Part shown: piece by piece, positions 1 through 24,486 of the stretch | How positions within the stretch are numbered: position 1 is the first letter of the stretch | Layout: each line of letters begins with the position of its first letter | NCBI GenBank assembly: GCA_963693365.1 | Contig: CAVNZM010000010.1 | Coordinates: forward strand, 6,759,794 to 6,823,793 | DNA: 64,000 nucleotides | From: Amoebidium appalachense | Lineage: Eukaryota; Protista; Ichthyosporea | Direction: 5' to 3' | Notes under the pieces: model-generated | What the model saw: only the letters and a program-made list of their open reading frames with translations | The model's database searches: none | Told to the model about the DNA's origin: nothing | Program-made: the position numbers and the translations under genes

Positions 1-41
1 CAACCTTAACAATCCTCCCCTCCCCCCATCCCATCACACAG

Positions 42-909
42 ATGGCACTAGGCTTCAGTGTGACTGGCTACGGCAATCCCACCGAAATGCTTCGAAAGGG
101 CCCATTGGTCGAAGGTCACGTGCTGGTGCTGTCTAAGCCAATCGGAGTGGGTGTCATCATGGCTGCTGACATGAGGGCAAAGGCAACAGCAAGGTGGGCT
201 GCATCACAGACCAACATTTCACGACGACCACCCACCCCCTTTCACTCCAGCCAACCCATCCCCTCCCCTTTCCCCTTTTAACACACACACATACATAAGT
301 CCCTCGTTCGTTTCTGAATGCCTGGGAGATCCACCATCTCTAAACTATTATTAATTAGAGAACATGTTTTGCCACGGTGCTTATCAATTGTGTTCATGTG
401 TTGGCACGTGAACGATGGGTATGAGAGTGGAGCAGATGCTGGATGGGCTCCCCGGGGGGGGGAGGGGGGGGCTGTGAAGATGTTGATGTGGTTTCTTGGT
501 ATGTTTCCTTCGTCTGAGCTTTCTGTGTTTCCTTGAAAACATTTGCTCCCTTGGGCTGTCAAACGACGAGGTGGGGAACGAAGAGAACACACAGCCTGGT
601 GGTTTCTTGTTTCAAGAAGTCCGTCTACTTACTTATCTGTGATTTATTTCATTCGGTTTTCTTCTAAAAAAAAATCTTTTTTTTTGGGGGGGGGGGGGGG
701 GGGGGGGGGGGATGGACGGGTAGGGAAACTCTCTGGGATGATGTAAAAAAAGAGACTTTGGGGCCAAGGGGAAGTAAAAGACAGCAGACACATTTGTATA
801 ATATCTTCTTGGACACCTTCATTGGGTCCACAGATTAAGTCCAGTAATCCCCCAAATATCTGGCCCCCTTTTCTCTCCCTCTCCCCACTCCCCCCTCCCC
901 CCTCTCCCC

Positions 910-941
<32 letters not shown>

Positions 942-1484
942 CCCCCTCCCCCCCCCCCCCCCCCCATCATTCCTGCTCAGTGTTCCTCACCTGCCAGCAC
1001 ACCCTCATCCCCTCCTCTCCTTCCAACCATTCCATTCACATACCTCCAGCTCACCCCTCACGAGTCGTTTTCTCCCTCCCCCTGCCCCCCCCCCCTCCCC
1101 CCCCCCCCCCCCCCCCCTCCCCCCGGGCCTCCTCCTCCTCATCCCATCTCCCCCCCCCCCCCCCCCCCTTCCGCCGTCACCACCACCAACCCACACATGC
1201 ACCTACCCAGGCAGTACCTGCATGCGGTTGATGTGATGTTGCAGTCTAACTGGCCGGCTTCACAATGCCTCAAACAGCACGGTGCAAGGTACTGATCATC
1301 CTCCCCCCTTCTCCCCCCCCCCCCCCCTCCCCCCCCCCACCCCACCCCACCCCCTCCCCCCACCCCTGCGCGCCCTTTGCCTTTCTCTCCTGGCACTAGA
1401 TGGACCAGGTGGTGGTTGCACAGTCGACTTACCGCATCACATTGTCTCTACATTCCACTTCACCACATACTCCGTCTCCACTCA

Positions 1485-1521
<37 letters not shown>

Positions 1522-4500
1522 CCCCCCCTTCTCCCCCCTTCCTTGCTCTCACCGCTTGTATGCTATGTTGGTTTATCTGCAACATGACACCCTCGCGTCT
1601 TCCTTGACCGCCATTGAAAAGCATTAGTGCTCAACCAGGTTATGTGATAGGAAAAGGGGCCTGGGGAGGAGGGGAATGAGGAGGGGGGAGGGAGGGCGGG
1701 GGGGACGGCCAGGGGAGGAGAGGGGGAGGAGGGGGGACCGACGAGCTCATATTCAGAATGTGTTTTCCCTGGTGGAATGGGTTAATTAGATGTATTGGTG
1801 CACAGTTCACCTAATATATAGTTTTTTTCCTGACGAACTAATGGCTCTAGGCTTTGCTTTCCGAAGTATGTTAAAATCTAACACTTAGGAGTAAACAACT
1901 TAATGTTCTGTTGGTCCCACAATCACATAATCCCTGGCGTTCACTGCCCCCTGACCATGGACGTGCACACAGTGCCTGCACCGATGTGACTGGCTTTGGT
2001 CTGCTGGGCCATCTGCTGGAGATGTGTGATGCTTCTCCGAACACGGTGTGCATATCCCCCCCCCCCCCCCCCCCCTCCCCCTCTCTCCTGGCTCCTCCAA
2101 TCTTGAAGTCCCATACTGACCCTTAAAAACAACAATGACCATCCTTCAGCTGAGCCCCCCCCCCCCCCCCCCCCCCCTCTCCCCCCTCCCCCTCCCCCCT
2201 CCCCTCCCCCCCCCCCCCCCCCCGTCTACCAACGATATCCCCCCCCCCCCCCCCCCCCCCCCCCCCCGCAACACACACACCCCTCCGTCCCGAAAAAGAC
2301 ACAAAAAACCACCCGACCCTTACCTCTCCCCCCCCCAACCCCCACCCCTTTCAATGCAGTGTGTACATCTCAGTCTCCCGTCTGTGCCGTGCCTACCTGG
2401 CGCCATTGAACTCAGTCAGTGTGGCGTGCAGTCCACTCTGGCACCACAGAACCGCCAGGTCGAACAGAGATTAACAATCGAGGTACACCACCATTCACCC
2501 ACTCCCCCCCCCCCCCCCCCCCCTCTAAACACGCACGCACACACACACACACACACACACACAAACACGTGTGTGCTTTTCTTTTGCGGTATCTGCCCCT
2601 CCCCCCCCCCCCCCCCCCCCCCCCCCGGCCGCTGCTGCCGCTGCTGCGCCCTCTCTCTGCCTTCCTTCTAGAAGAACCACATGCACATGACAAACTGTGC
2701 TACCCACACCCACCGGCCACTTCAGGAATGTATTGGCTGCACTTGCACTTGCTCATTACAAAATACCTCACTCACTACAGCCTACTCACTCCCCCCCCCC
2801 CCCAACCCCCCCACCGCCACCACCACCGACACAGAGAGAAGGAGGGATATGGAGAGGGAGGAGCGGAGGGAGAGAGAGGTAGTGTAAGAGATGAGGGAAA
2901 GGGCTATGTAGTGAGGGGGGGGAGGGGGGAGAGAGACACTCAAGCACTAAACACAACATAATAACAAGCGTGTACACACGTACACACAAACTCGATGGAT
3001 TATTCCTTGAGTCCAGGTTCTTTGTTTCCTTTATTGGCAAATCCTTTCTATTCTAAAAAGCCTTCTCCCCATGTCACCCTAGGTATATATCCTGTCGTTT
3101 CTGCATGCATTTTCTCGAATCCCTGGTGTGAAATTCTCCTCGCCCACTGTAGGTGGTTATGTCCGTGCATGTTTATTTTGGGGTATATCTTGTTTATGCG
3201 CAATATTCGACGTCTTGCCTCATACGTTATCATGTAGGAAACACCGTGTGCAAATCTTGTACTGTACTAGCTTGTATGGGGTTTTTGTTTTTCTTTTCTT
3301 TTCTTCCGGGGGGGGGGGGGGGGGGGGGGGGGGGGACGGATATTAAGAAAGACGGGAAATGTGGGAAATATGGTAGGCTGGGGTTAGGAGGATGAAGCGA
3401 CGAGATAGCCCAAAAATAGGATGCAGCAGGGAGGCTGAGGAGAGGGGGTGAAGAGGGGTAGTGATGCTAACTAGGGTGTGAAAGGATGGAGCCGACACCC
3501 ACCCTGCCTATCCGTTACTCTTTGACCCCCAAACGGCTGGCGGGTTGCTGGCAAGGCATACCCCCCCCCCCCCCCCCCCCCCCCCCCTTTCCCCCCCTCC
3601 ACACTCCCCTTCCCCTTCCCCCCGATACACACACAAACACAGTGTGGCCACACACCACTACTAATTTTACCACCACCACCACCAGCCCCAATTCCTCACT
3701 CAAGCCTACATGCGGAAACACACACACATACACGCATGGACAAGCTGGTGTGCTCGATGGTGCTCACATACACAACACGCTCACAAGATTTCTTCTTTTC
3801 CACAAGCTGCCTGTACCGCTCGTCTCCTTCTATGATCCTTTACCGTTGATGCCCTATACGTGAGCATGCATAACACCCAAAATATAAGCCCCTCCCCTCC
3901 CCCCCCCCCCCAACCCCCACCCCACCCCTACCTCCCTTCTTTTGTGTGTGTGTGTGTTTGAGTTTGTGTGTGTAGTGAGTGTGGTGTGTGTGCGTGTAGA
4001 TGGTATGCGGGTGTTTAAATTTTGTGTCATTATTATTATTATGATGATGCACCGGGACTATAGACCTGTATCATACAGGTTTTCGGCCAATAGCTTTGGT
4101 TAGAAAAAAGATTTTTTCAAGCGGAGACCGGCAAATTGATCAGCGCCCCAAGTTACGCAAGGAACTGTAGCTAACTCAAAACCTACCATATATGGTTATT
4201 TTTTCACTCTTTTTTGCGTAAAAATCAGTCGGGTTCGCCCGGAACTCGTTCGAGCCTTGGTGCATGACAAAATTTTGTTTGAGAATTAATTTTTTCTAAT
4301 CCGGACGATCGTAAGATCTATTTGAGCTGAGTCGATTGCCGTAGTTTTCATTGCAGTACTATACCCCATGGATTGTTAATGATTTTCCAAAAAATTGCCC
4401 ATTTTTTGCGTCAATTAGTAAGTACTTTTTACATTTTTTTTCAGGAAAGAAAAACGATATCAAAATTTTGACCGCGGAATATCTTCATCTTGTCGAGCTC

Positions 4501-4619
4501 TATCCATAGACACCTTTCCCACCCGCGTAGCATTCCAATAGCGATTGGGGTAAGCGATCGAAAATCATGGTTGTTTAGACAGGTGTATAGACCCGGTGCA
4601 TCATAGAATTTATAACCAA

Positions 4620-4695
<76 letters not shown>

Positions 4696-4908
4696 TGGGG
4701 GGGGGGGGGGGGGGGGGGGACCAACGTGATCATATTATCGAGTCCTTGTGCTAACCAACAGGGCGCCCACCAATGCAGCATCCCTGCGGAAAGAGCCAAC
4801 GACTGCATCGGAAGACTTGCCGATTTAGGCTATAAGTCAGCTTGTGTGATTGGATCGATTGCTGGAAGAAAGGAGACCGATCCACCCGTGGTTGTTATGT
4901 CGGGGTGA
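42..4908 (+). CDS. selD: Selenide, water dikinase (selenophosphate synthetase), 3' part of a spliced gene whose 5' end lies upstream of the window
   Basis: Phase-compatible exons 42-193, 1211-1288, 1973-2045, 2360-2482, 3485-3555, 4779-4908. They translate to ALGFSVTG...LVLSKPIGVGVIMAADM...ACTDVTGFGLLGHLLEM...LLFDPQTAGGLLASIP...ACVIGSI*. DVTGFGLLGH and DPQTxGGLL are diagnostic SelD motifs. The ATG at 42 follows a CAG acceptor, so it is internal. Confidence 0.93.
4044..4604. mobile_element. MITE-like element in the last SelD intron
   Basis: 26-bp terminal inverted repeats, ATGATGCACCGGG(A/T)CTATA(G/C)ACCTGT, 24/26 identical. The interior is AT-rich and non-coding. TSD not resolved. Confidence 0.7.
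4619..4696. repeat. (ATT)n microsatellite
   Basis: Perfect trinucleotide run. Confidence 0.95.
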
Positions 4909-5260
4909 GGGAATAGACCTTATACGAGTGGCACACGTGAACAGCTCTCCTTTACGAATAGGCTGAGGTAGCTGCATAGTTGCATAGCCAGTCAGATCGA
5001 ACTAGATTCGATTAACTTATTGGATAATATTTACAGTACCATGTGTATATCATAAGTCCCTGGGAACGTAGCGCCCAAACCTTTAAAACCCTGTTTAGAA
5101 TTGCTATGATGGTCGGTTAGCGACAGCTAACCCTGTCATGACTTTCTTTGGTGCCATCCGTTAGTACCTTGTTTCGATTTTTGTCGGCAGTTGAGAATAA
5201 ATCCATATGACTTGAGTTAGAGGCACCTCATAAGAATTGAAGACCCTCTGTCGACTTGCA

Positions 5261-5297
<37 letters not shown>

Positions 5298-5606
5298 CCC
5301 CCCCCCCCCCTCCCTTCGTTTTTCCCTAAGGAGAACACACACACACACACACACACACACTGTGTTCAATGTGCACAAGCTTCCTTAGTCTATTCACGTT
5401 GGGTGGGTGGTGGGGCGAGGTATGTTGCGGGGCAAAGGTGGGGGGGGGGGGGGAGGGGGGAGGGGGTTGTAATGTTTGGGCTTGCCCCACGTTTATATGG
5501 TAGTACGTGAGAGTAGATTCGAACCGATTTCGTTATTGCAACCTAGGGGACCGGAGGGGAGGGAGGGGGGGGGGGGGGAGCCAGAGAGAGAGCTCGAGAG
5601 CGGAGG

Positions 5607-5677
<71 letters not shown>

Positions 5678-5729
5678 AGCCCCCCCCCCCCTCTCCCTTC
5701 CCCGCCCCCCCCCCCCCCCCCTCCCCCCC

Positions 5730-5760
<31 letters not shown>

Positions 5761-7020
5761 AAAAAAAAAAAACACCCACACCCACCTACCCACCCACCCA
5801 AAGCCCCCTCAACGTAGCTCACATTATGTACACTAAATCCAACACATTGTGCGTTGAAGACCCTCCCCATAGGGAGGATGGCATCAGGGATTCCTTTTAT
5901 TCTTCTACTTGCCAAAGGCTTATTCTTCCCGGACCAAGGCTTCGAGTGCGGCATATACTTGATATGCAGAAAAAGCGAGTTAGCAAACATTAAAGTGCAT
6001 GCCAAGATATGTATGCACATCACAACCGTATGCGAATAGAATATGTAAATACTAAAGAGGATGACTAACAGGATTCATGATAGGTATTCCATTTACTCGC
6101 TACTAACCGCAGGGTTTTTCCCACCAAAAGTGACAGTGGAAAATTATGGCACTATAAGCAGTGCCTTCAAGTTGTTCTTATCGGTATAAACAGTATTTAT
6201 AGACGCTTAACTCGTTGAATATTGGAAACAGCAAAATCACCATTTCAAGTAGTTACTCAGATGTTTCGTCTAAATTCTCTTACAAACCCACCGTATTGTC
6301 CTGGTTCCAGATCACCTTATGGGAGACGGTTTTTATTTTCAATTATTTTAAAGCGGTTCACCTCACAGAGGCTGCCATCTTCCACTTGGCTCTGCATATA
6401 TAGTACCCTCAGGCAGAATGGTGTGTGGGAGATGGCCATGACAACGTATTTTGGGACTTGGTTCATGTCCCCTAAGTTCTAACTTAGTATGATCACGGTA
6501 TTCAAAAAAAAAAAAAAAAAATCACCAGAAGTGCTTATTAGAAAAAACATACACAAAACCTATCTATAATCGGTTAGGTGTGCATGTGCATGGCAGAGCC
6601 CGATGAGAATGTGGCAAAGTAAACCTTGAGGTGGGTGGTGATGGGGTGGGGGTTGGGTGGGTGGGTGGGTGGGTTGGGGGGAGGGGGGGGGGGGGGGAGG
6701 GGGGGGGGGGGGGGTTGTGTGTGTGCGGGGGGGGGGGGGGGGAAGAGGGGGGGGGGAGGGGGGGAGATAAGAGTCTAAAACATCCTTTTCTTTCTTAAGG
6801 CCACGAGCTTGGGATTGGCCTCAGTATAATTAATATTAAGTGGATACCCTGCACCTTTTTGAAATTCTCTGCCCACCTGGAACAGATATTTCGTTGCTAT
6901 CTGGAATCATGAAATCGTATGACACTGAGGTTCTTTGACGGCACTGAGGTTCTTTGGAACCCCCCCCCCCCCCCCCCCCCCACTCACCCACCCATCCACC
7001 GAACACCACCATCACCACCA

Positions 7021-7151
<131 letters not shown>

Positions 7152-7480
7152 TACCCCCTCCCCGCACTCCCAGCCCCAACCTCCACCCCCACCCTCGGAC
7201 GAGGTTAACGTTCTGCTCCTGGGTCTGTGCCAAAACCCAACCAAGGCCTAAAAGCAAACATCAAAACACAGGCGGACATCCATTAACAGGTTCTTGTAAA
7301 GAAATAGCCTCGTTCAACGTCCTCGTTCAGAAGAAAAAAATGAAACAACCAAACCGAGAAAACCGAGGCGAGGGGACGGGGTAGGGGTAGGGGGTAGGGG
7401 GGGGGGGGGGGGGGGGAGGGGGGTTTCACCTACTCTATGCCCCCCCCCCCCCCCCCCCATCCCTTTCCCCCTCCCCCCTC

Positions 7481-7945
7481 CGTGCCCCTCCTCTCCACCC
7501 CCAGCCCCCCCTCCCCCCTCCCCGGGGGGCCCCTCCCCCCGGCCCTCCCCCCCCCCCCCTGGCGATTCCGGGCCCCTCTCAGCCACTCCCCCACTACCCC
7601 CCTCCTGTCCGCGAACCCACCACCGCATAATAAAAGGACACACACACAACACACGGACGTAGGTACATACCTACGTACACACGTATACACACAGACATAC
7701 ACACACACATGCATACACAACACAAGCACACACACGGACACACACACACACCCACACACACACACACAGACACACACACACATACGTACCCACACAGACA
7801 CAAGTGTCTATCTCCCCCCCCCATCCCCCCCCTCCTCCTTCGTGCCCCTCCTCTCCACTCGCAGCTCCCCCTCCCCCTCCCCCCTTCCCCCGTCCTCCCC
7901 CCTCCCCCTCCCCCTGGCGATTCCGGGGCCCTCTCAGCCACTCCA

Positions 7946-7977
<32 letters not shown>

Positions 7978-8190
7978 CGAACCCACCACCGCATAATAAA
8001 AGAACACACACACAACACACGGACGTAGGTACATACGTACGTAAACACGTAAACACACAGACATACACACACACATGCATACACAGCACAAGCACACGCG
8101 GACTCACACACACACACACGCACACACAGACACACACACAAATACACACAGACACACACACACATACACACACACAGACACATGTGCATA
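7481..8190. repeat. Imperfect tandem duplication, period about 360 bp
   Basis: CGTGCCCCTCCTCTCCAC at 7481 and 7841. The blocks CTGGCGATTCCGGG, CCGCGAACCCACCACCGCATAATAAAAG and ACGGACGTAGGTACATAC each occur twice in the same order. Confidence 0.85.
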
Positions 8191-9551
8191 CATCCTTGTC
8201 AATATAAACGCACGGTCGTCATTGTGACACGAACAAGCGCAAACGCTCACACACTTTAAATGGCATATGACCACAAAATTTACCCATCAGGCTGGCACCC
8301 CCACGCAGATGCCAAGAAATGCTGCACCTGCTTGTACCTTGGGTTTTTGCTCGCAGCTAAACTGCGGTTTCTTTAATCGCAGAAAGGTAGAATGTGCAAA
8401 ATGCAGAAAAAAGCGCACGTTAAGGGCATAAGTGCTGTAAATTGGGTTACATGTGGCGGAAAGGGTAAACCAGTATACTGCAATTGCTGAGTTTGTGTGT
8501 TTCGAGATCTCAGGCGTGCATGTCTGGTGTGCAGTTTATGTGTGAAGTGTCTTTTTGCAGGTGAGTGTGCGTGCGACATGAGTAATCATTTGTGTGTATA
8601 CCACCATTTCTACAAGTGTTTGTACCTTGGGTGTATGGGCGTGATGCTGTCACACAGACCACTGCACAGCCATTTTACCAACATGGCCATTTTCTGCGCT
8701 TGCCTGTGCGCATTACTTATTATGTACATGTAGCTGTATGCACGTGTTCAACCGATGGTGTGCTATGGCTGTGCGTGATGGAGCACTGATTCAGTGTGTA
8801 TTGCAGAATTTTCTTCAATTGTTACCGAGAAGATTACCGAGAAGTCCCTCGAGTACACTTTGGCCTTACTACTACTAATAGTAACACTACCCCCTTTCGA
8901 AAGGCGGTCGATGGTCGACTCGTCGAGAAGTGTGTGCGCAGTCTCATTGGATGCCGATGACTCACGACTGTGTCATAGCAGGGATATGCCCCTTTCGCCG
9001 CATATCATCTGACACATCACAGTTACGGAATCTCAAGGTCATCTGTATCATTGTCAAAAAAATCAAGGAAATAAACAGTATAATGGCAAAAGAACATATT
9101 TTATAGGTGTAATAGCAATGGAAATGATTATATTTGTACACTGAGATTGAATAAGACGAAGCCTAGGGGCCGCATCTATAAGAAATTCCGAACCTAGCGG
9201 TTGATGATTTTCTACTAATAAGCATTATTCAAGCTCAGGAAACAGCTTTGCTATTGGCTGTTTGAAGTTTGGAATGCGGTAAAATAGGGCGGCACATGTA
9301 CCGCATACCTTGATAAAGAAATTTGTTCTGTCGGAAAAACCTGCTTACTTTTAAGTTATATATATATATATATATAAATGGTTTTTTTTAATAAAAATAG
9401 TTTTTGAAATAATTTTTACCGTTTATTTCCCCTTTTTTATTTATTTTAAAAAATATGTTAATGCTTTTCAGAACTTTTCTTCAAAAAGATGCATGTTTGG
9501 TTAAAAACCACGGATATGTATTACCGTTTTTATTAACGAATCAAAATGGTG

Positions 9552-9775
9552 ATTACATAACCTCGGCTAACCAATCATTGAGTAGGTCCCTTGATCCATG
9601 CCCCGGCATGAACATTAGAAGGCGTTTCTGCAGTAGGGCTTTAAAACCCAATATTGATGTTCTTTTAAAAACGTTAAAATGTGTTCTAGCTAGAAGAGCA
9701 CTTTAATATCACATATCGCTTTAATGATTTTTGGCTTGCCCAAGGTCCTATAAATGGTTGCACAATCTTGCATCA
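9552..9775 (+). promoter_or_regulatory. Putative promoter of the bZIP gene (D-box, CCAAT, TATA, C/EBP-like and C/EBP-ATF-like sites)
   Basis: ATTACATAAC 9552-9561 (reverse complement GTTATGTAAT), CCAAT 9571, TATAAA 9749-9754, TTGCACAA 9758-9765, TTGCATCA 9768-9775. Confidence 0.5.
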
Positions 9776-10058
9776 CAGCACTCTCTTTCGCTTGACTTCT
9801 CGAAAAAAATCACAGCGAACACTCTTGAGTGCATAAGTTTTTGAACAACTTCACTGCCTCCTTTCTCTTTGGTTTTTCAAAAGCGCGGGCAAACTGTGCT
9901 CGCTGTATGTTGATTCGCCTAGACCCACTGCACTGTCGACCAGCCAGACGCGCTGGCAGAGCTGAAAGCTCGCGCGCGTCTTTACACAAGCAACCTTAAC
10001 TCCCCTTCACCGGGAACACGCAGTGTTCACGGCAACGCCGACTTATTCCCATAACAAA

Positions 10059-10262
10059 ATGTCCTTCCGTGCTACCGCCACCGACAGCAATATGGCTGCC
10101 CGCAACAGCGCCGCCCACCTTTCCTCCGAGGCTACCAGCTACCTCGGAGGAAGGCAGTTCTTTGAATATGCCTGCGACGATACCTTTAGGCAACAGCAGC
10201 TCTCCCCCCGCAGCAATGAACAACCTCCTGTGCTTGCCCACCCTGGGGGGTCTTGGATTTAA
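10059..10262 (+). promoter_or_regulatory. Upstream ORF (67 aa) overlapping the bZIP start codons out of frame
   Basis: AAAATGT context at 10059, MSFRATATDS...GGSWI*. It spans the main-frame ATGs at 10168 and 10216. Confidence 0.5.
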
Positions 10263-10995
10263 CGATGGCGGCACCAGAGCAGACGGTTTCGTCTCGGGTA
10301 TGATGATCGACGCTCTGGTGCCGAAAGAATTGTCGAGTGCAGCTGCTGGTGATACCCCAGCTGCGTCTGTCACTGCTTCCTCTACATCTAGCGCCGCTCC
10401 CACCCCGAGAGATAACATGTTTGACGATTTTCTGAACTTTGAAATGCCCTCGCCTGACACACCCTTGCCGAACTTGGACTTGCTCGGTCAAGCGTGCACG
10501 GGGATTCCCGCCTTATCGTCAGACACTTCTTCGATGAGTATGGTTGGTCTGGACCCGTTTTCTCCTCTTGGAACGGGGGTAGCTTCGGAGCTGAGCTCTC
10601 CTGCTACCTCCCTCCCACTGTCACCCCTTGCACAACCACTTTTTACGGGGGGTGTGGGGGATTATGGTAGTCTGTTGCTTCCGTACCAGAATGTGTCCCC
10701 GACTTTTAAGGCTCCGGCCCCTGTTATGGCCCAGCCGTTGTTGGGTAGTTTTCCTTACCCTGGTGCGTATGTTCGTGGTTCTCCAGTTGTTGTTGAAGAT
10801 AGTAAGTATAAGGAAAGAAGAAAAAAGAATAACGAGTCTGCAAAGAAGTGCAGGCAGAAGAAGAAGGAAGAGGAGTCTAAGACACAAAGTGATAACGGAA
10901 AGCTAGCAGCTGAGAATGCCCAGCTGAAGGCACGAATTGAAGTGCTGGAGGAGCAGCTGGCCTCGCTCAAAGCACTGATTGCTAGCAAGCTGTAA
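10168..10995 (+). CDS. bZIP transcription factor, PAR/NFIL3/C-EBP-like, intronless
   Basis: Basic region DSKYKERRKKNNESAKKCRQKK followed by the leucine heptads LAAENAQLKARIEVLEEQLASLKALI. The N-terminus is Ser/Pro/acidic. The frame is open from 10000 and the first ATG is at 10168, so the true start is uncertain. Confidence 0.88.
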   Translation: MPATIPLGNSSSPPAAMNNLLCLPTLGGLGFNDGGTRADGFVSGMMIDALVPKELSSAAAGDTPAASVTASSTSSAAPTPRDNMFDDFLNFEMPSPDTPLPNLDLLGQACTGIPALSSDTSSMSMVGLDPFSPLGTGVASELSSPATSLPLSPLAQPLFTGGVGDYGSLLLPYQNVSPTFKAPAPVMAQPLLGSFPYPGAYVRGSPVVVEDSKYKERRKKNNESAKKCRQKKKEEESKTQSDNGKLAAENAQLKARIEVLEEQLASLKALIASKL

Positions 10996-11235
10996 GCATG
11001 TTTGTCTTTTTTCCCGTTTTGAGGTTTGAATATAGTTCACAACTATGCTTGTTACTCTATCTCATAGCAAGTGGTTTCCTTTGTATATGAACTGAGATTT
11101 CAACACACGTTATGCTAATAACGAAGGCCAAAAAAAATAAAAACCTTTGAAATCGAAATCCCGACAGGGTAACCCCACCTCTTCCCGAAAATCACCTCTT
11201 CCCGAAACGCAGGTTCGTTACTAGTGGCGCTCTGT

Positions 11236-11270
<35 letters not shown>

Positions 11271-11932
11271 ATATAACGTGTGTACTATCAGAGGCACTGG
11301 TGTATGTACGAGCGGTTTATGTGCTTGTGCCGCACCAGTATGCGGGGAAGTCAACAACGAATGCCACGGTGCCAGTGCTGTGTAACAAGCACATGTGCAT
11401 ACTTGTTAGTTCTTTGCCTGGTCTCAGTAGCCTTATTTGGAAAAAGTTGCCAAGACAAGACAACTGATAGCACCGTCCACACTGATTTTGAGACTCAGCC
11501 TGAAGTATGAAGCTTGGTGTTATTTATTCTGCTATTTGTATTTTTATTCTGTTATTTGGTAGTTCGGGTGTACTATCATGATATTAGTTTATACAGTAGT
11601 AGGTTTATACACTTGAACAGGGTTTGTTCCGAACCTGCACGTGTACGGTGCTAGAAAAACTCGCATTTGGACCGAAACACGGAAATATATATATCATACC
11701 GGGAAGCACAAACAGGCAAAATGTCAAGGGAAAAAACCCGTGCTCAAGATACGGAAGCTCACTATTACTCTGCCGTCAAGTTGGATTGTACTATTGACGA
11801 ATTTTCTGTTCTGACGATAAGTGAACCATCCAGGTTATATGCAAGTTCTGGCTTCATATTCTCCCTTGCTATTCATCCATCGTTCCGTTAAAGTATTTTT
11901 TTTCCAAGGGCACTTTCATCGTTCTTTAAGCC

Positions 11933-23388
<11,456 letters not shown>

Positions 23389-23505
23389 TCGCATATGAGG
23401 ATAATTTCCATGGGCTGTTATTGCCATACGGAAATGTATTATGGGGGTTTTCCTTGTCAAGACATTTCAGAAAAGCTGGCATGTACTGATTTGTGCGTAA
23501 AAAAA

Positions 23506-23536
<31 letters not shown>

Positions 23537-24455
23537 CTGCTGGCATGTACTCATTTGTCTGTAAAGGGGGGGGGAGAGGGGGGGGGGGGGGGGGGTAAAA
23601 CCGTTGGTTGCGCGAGAAGGTTTTGTGGTCAACGTGCTTTTTCTTGAGTGGTGATTAACAAGATATCGATGCATGAATGCCATGGAACTTAATGAATGGA
23701 GATAGTAATGTGTGAATGACTTTAGATGATTTGCTAGCTGCTTTTCAGATAATATCGATTTACAGCCAAGGTAAGCGTGGTGCTACTTCATCTGTGGCTA
23801 TGACAACGTGCGTAATCCATCGCTTATCCAAGAGCTACTGAAGTAAATACTGTGTGTATGAAGTCGGGCACTGTGTTTTCTCTGCACAGCTAATGCGTAT
23901 TCAATTTACCAATTAAAAACTTATGATCCAGCTACGGTTCAATAAACAAAATATGCACACACTCGTACCGACATATCCACACAGGTATTCAGCCAGGCAA
24001 GCCAATACACAACCGAAGCACATGTATTGGAGCTAACACACTTGTGACAAACACACACCTACACGTGCACACATGTAGTGCTAGCGCTCATGCAACCACG
24101 TGCATGTACACACTGCAAGGCACACAGGCCCATATGTTCACAATCAATGACACATAAAAGCCACTTCACAGGCTGCTAGTAGTCTGAAACATGCAGACAA
24201 GGATATGGCATACATCACGCATACACACAGTACACGTTTGAACGGATGCACAAGGCCTGTCACGCACACGCACGCGCGCACGCGCGCGCGCGCACACACA
24301 CACACACACAAAAAAAACAAAAAAACAAAAACAAAACAATGACGCACAGGTGCAGACACCCACCAAAAAAAACACCACACCACCACACATGCACACTCTC
24401 GCACGCACACATACACACACACCGTCACACACACATACACATACCCCCCCAGCCC

Positions 24456-24486
<31 letters not shown>

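Noticed and set aside
5106-5141. Hairpin GGTTAGC-GACA-GCTAACC with a nearby ATGA downstream of SelD as a SECIS element
   Set aside because: It lacks the apical AA motif and the AUGA/GA quartet geometry of a eukaryotic SECIS.
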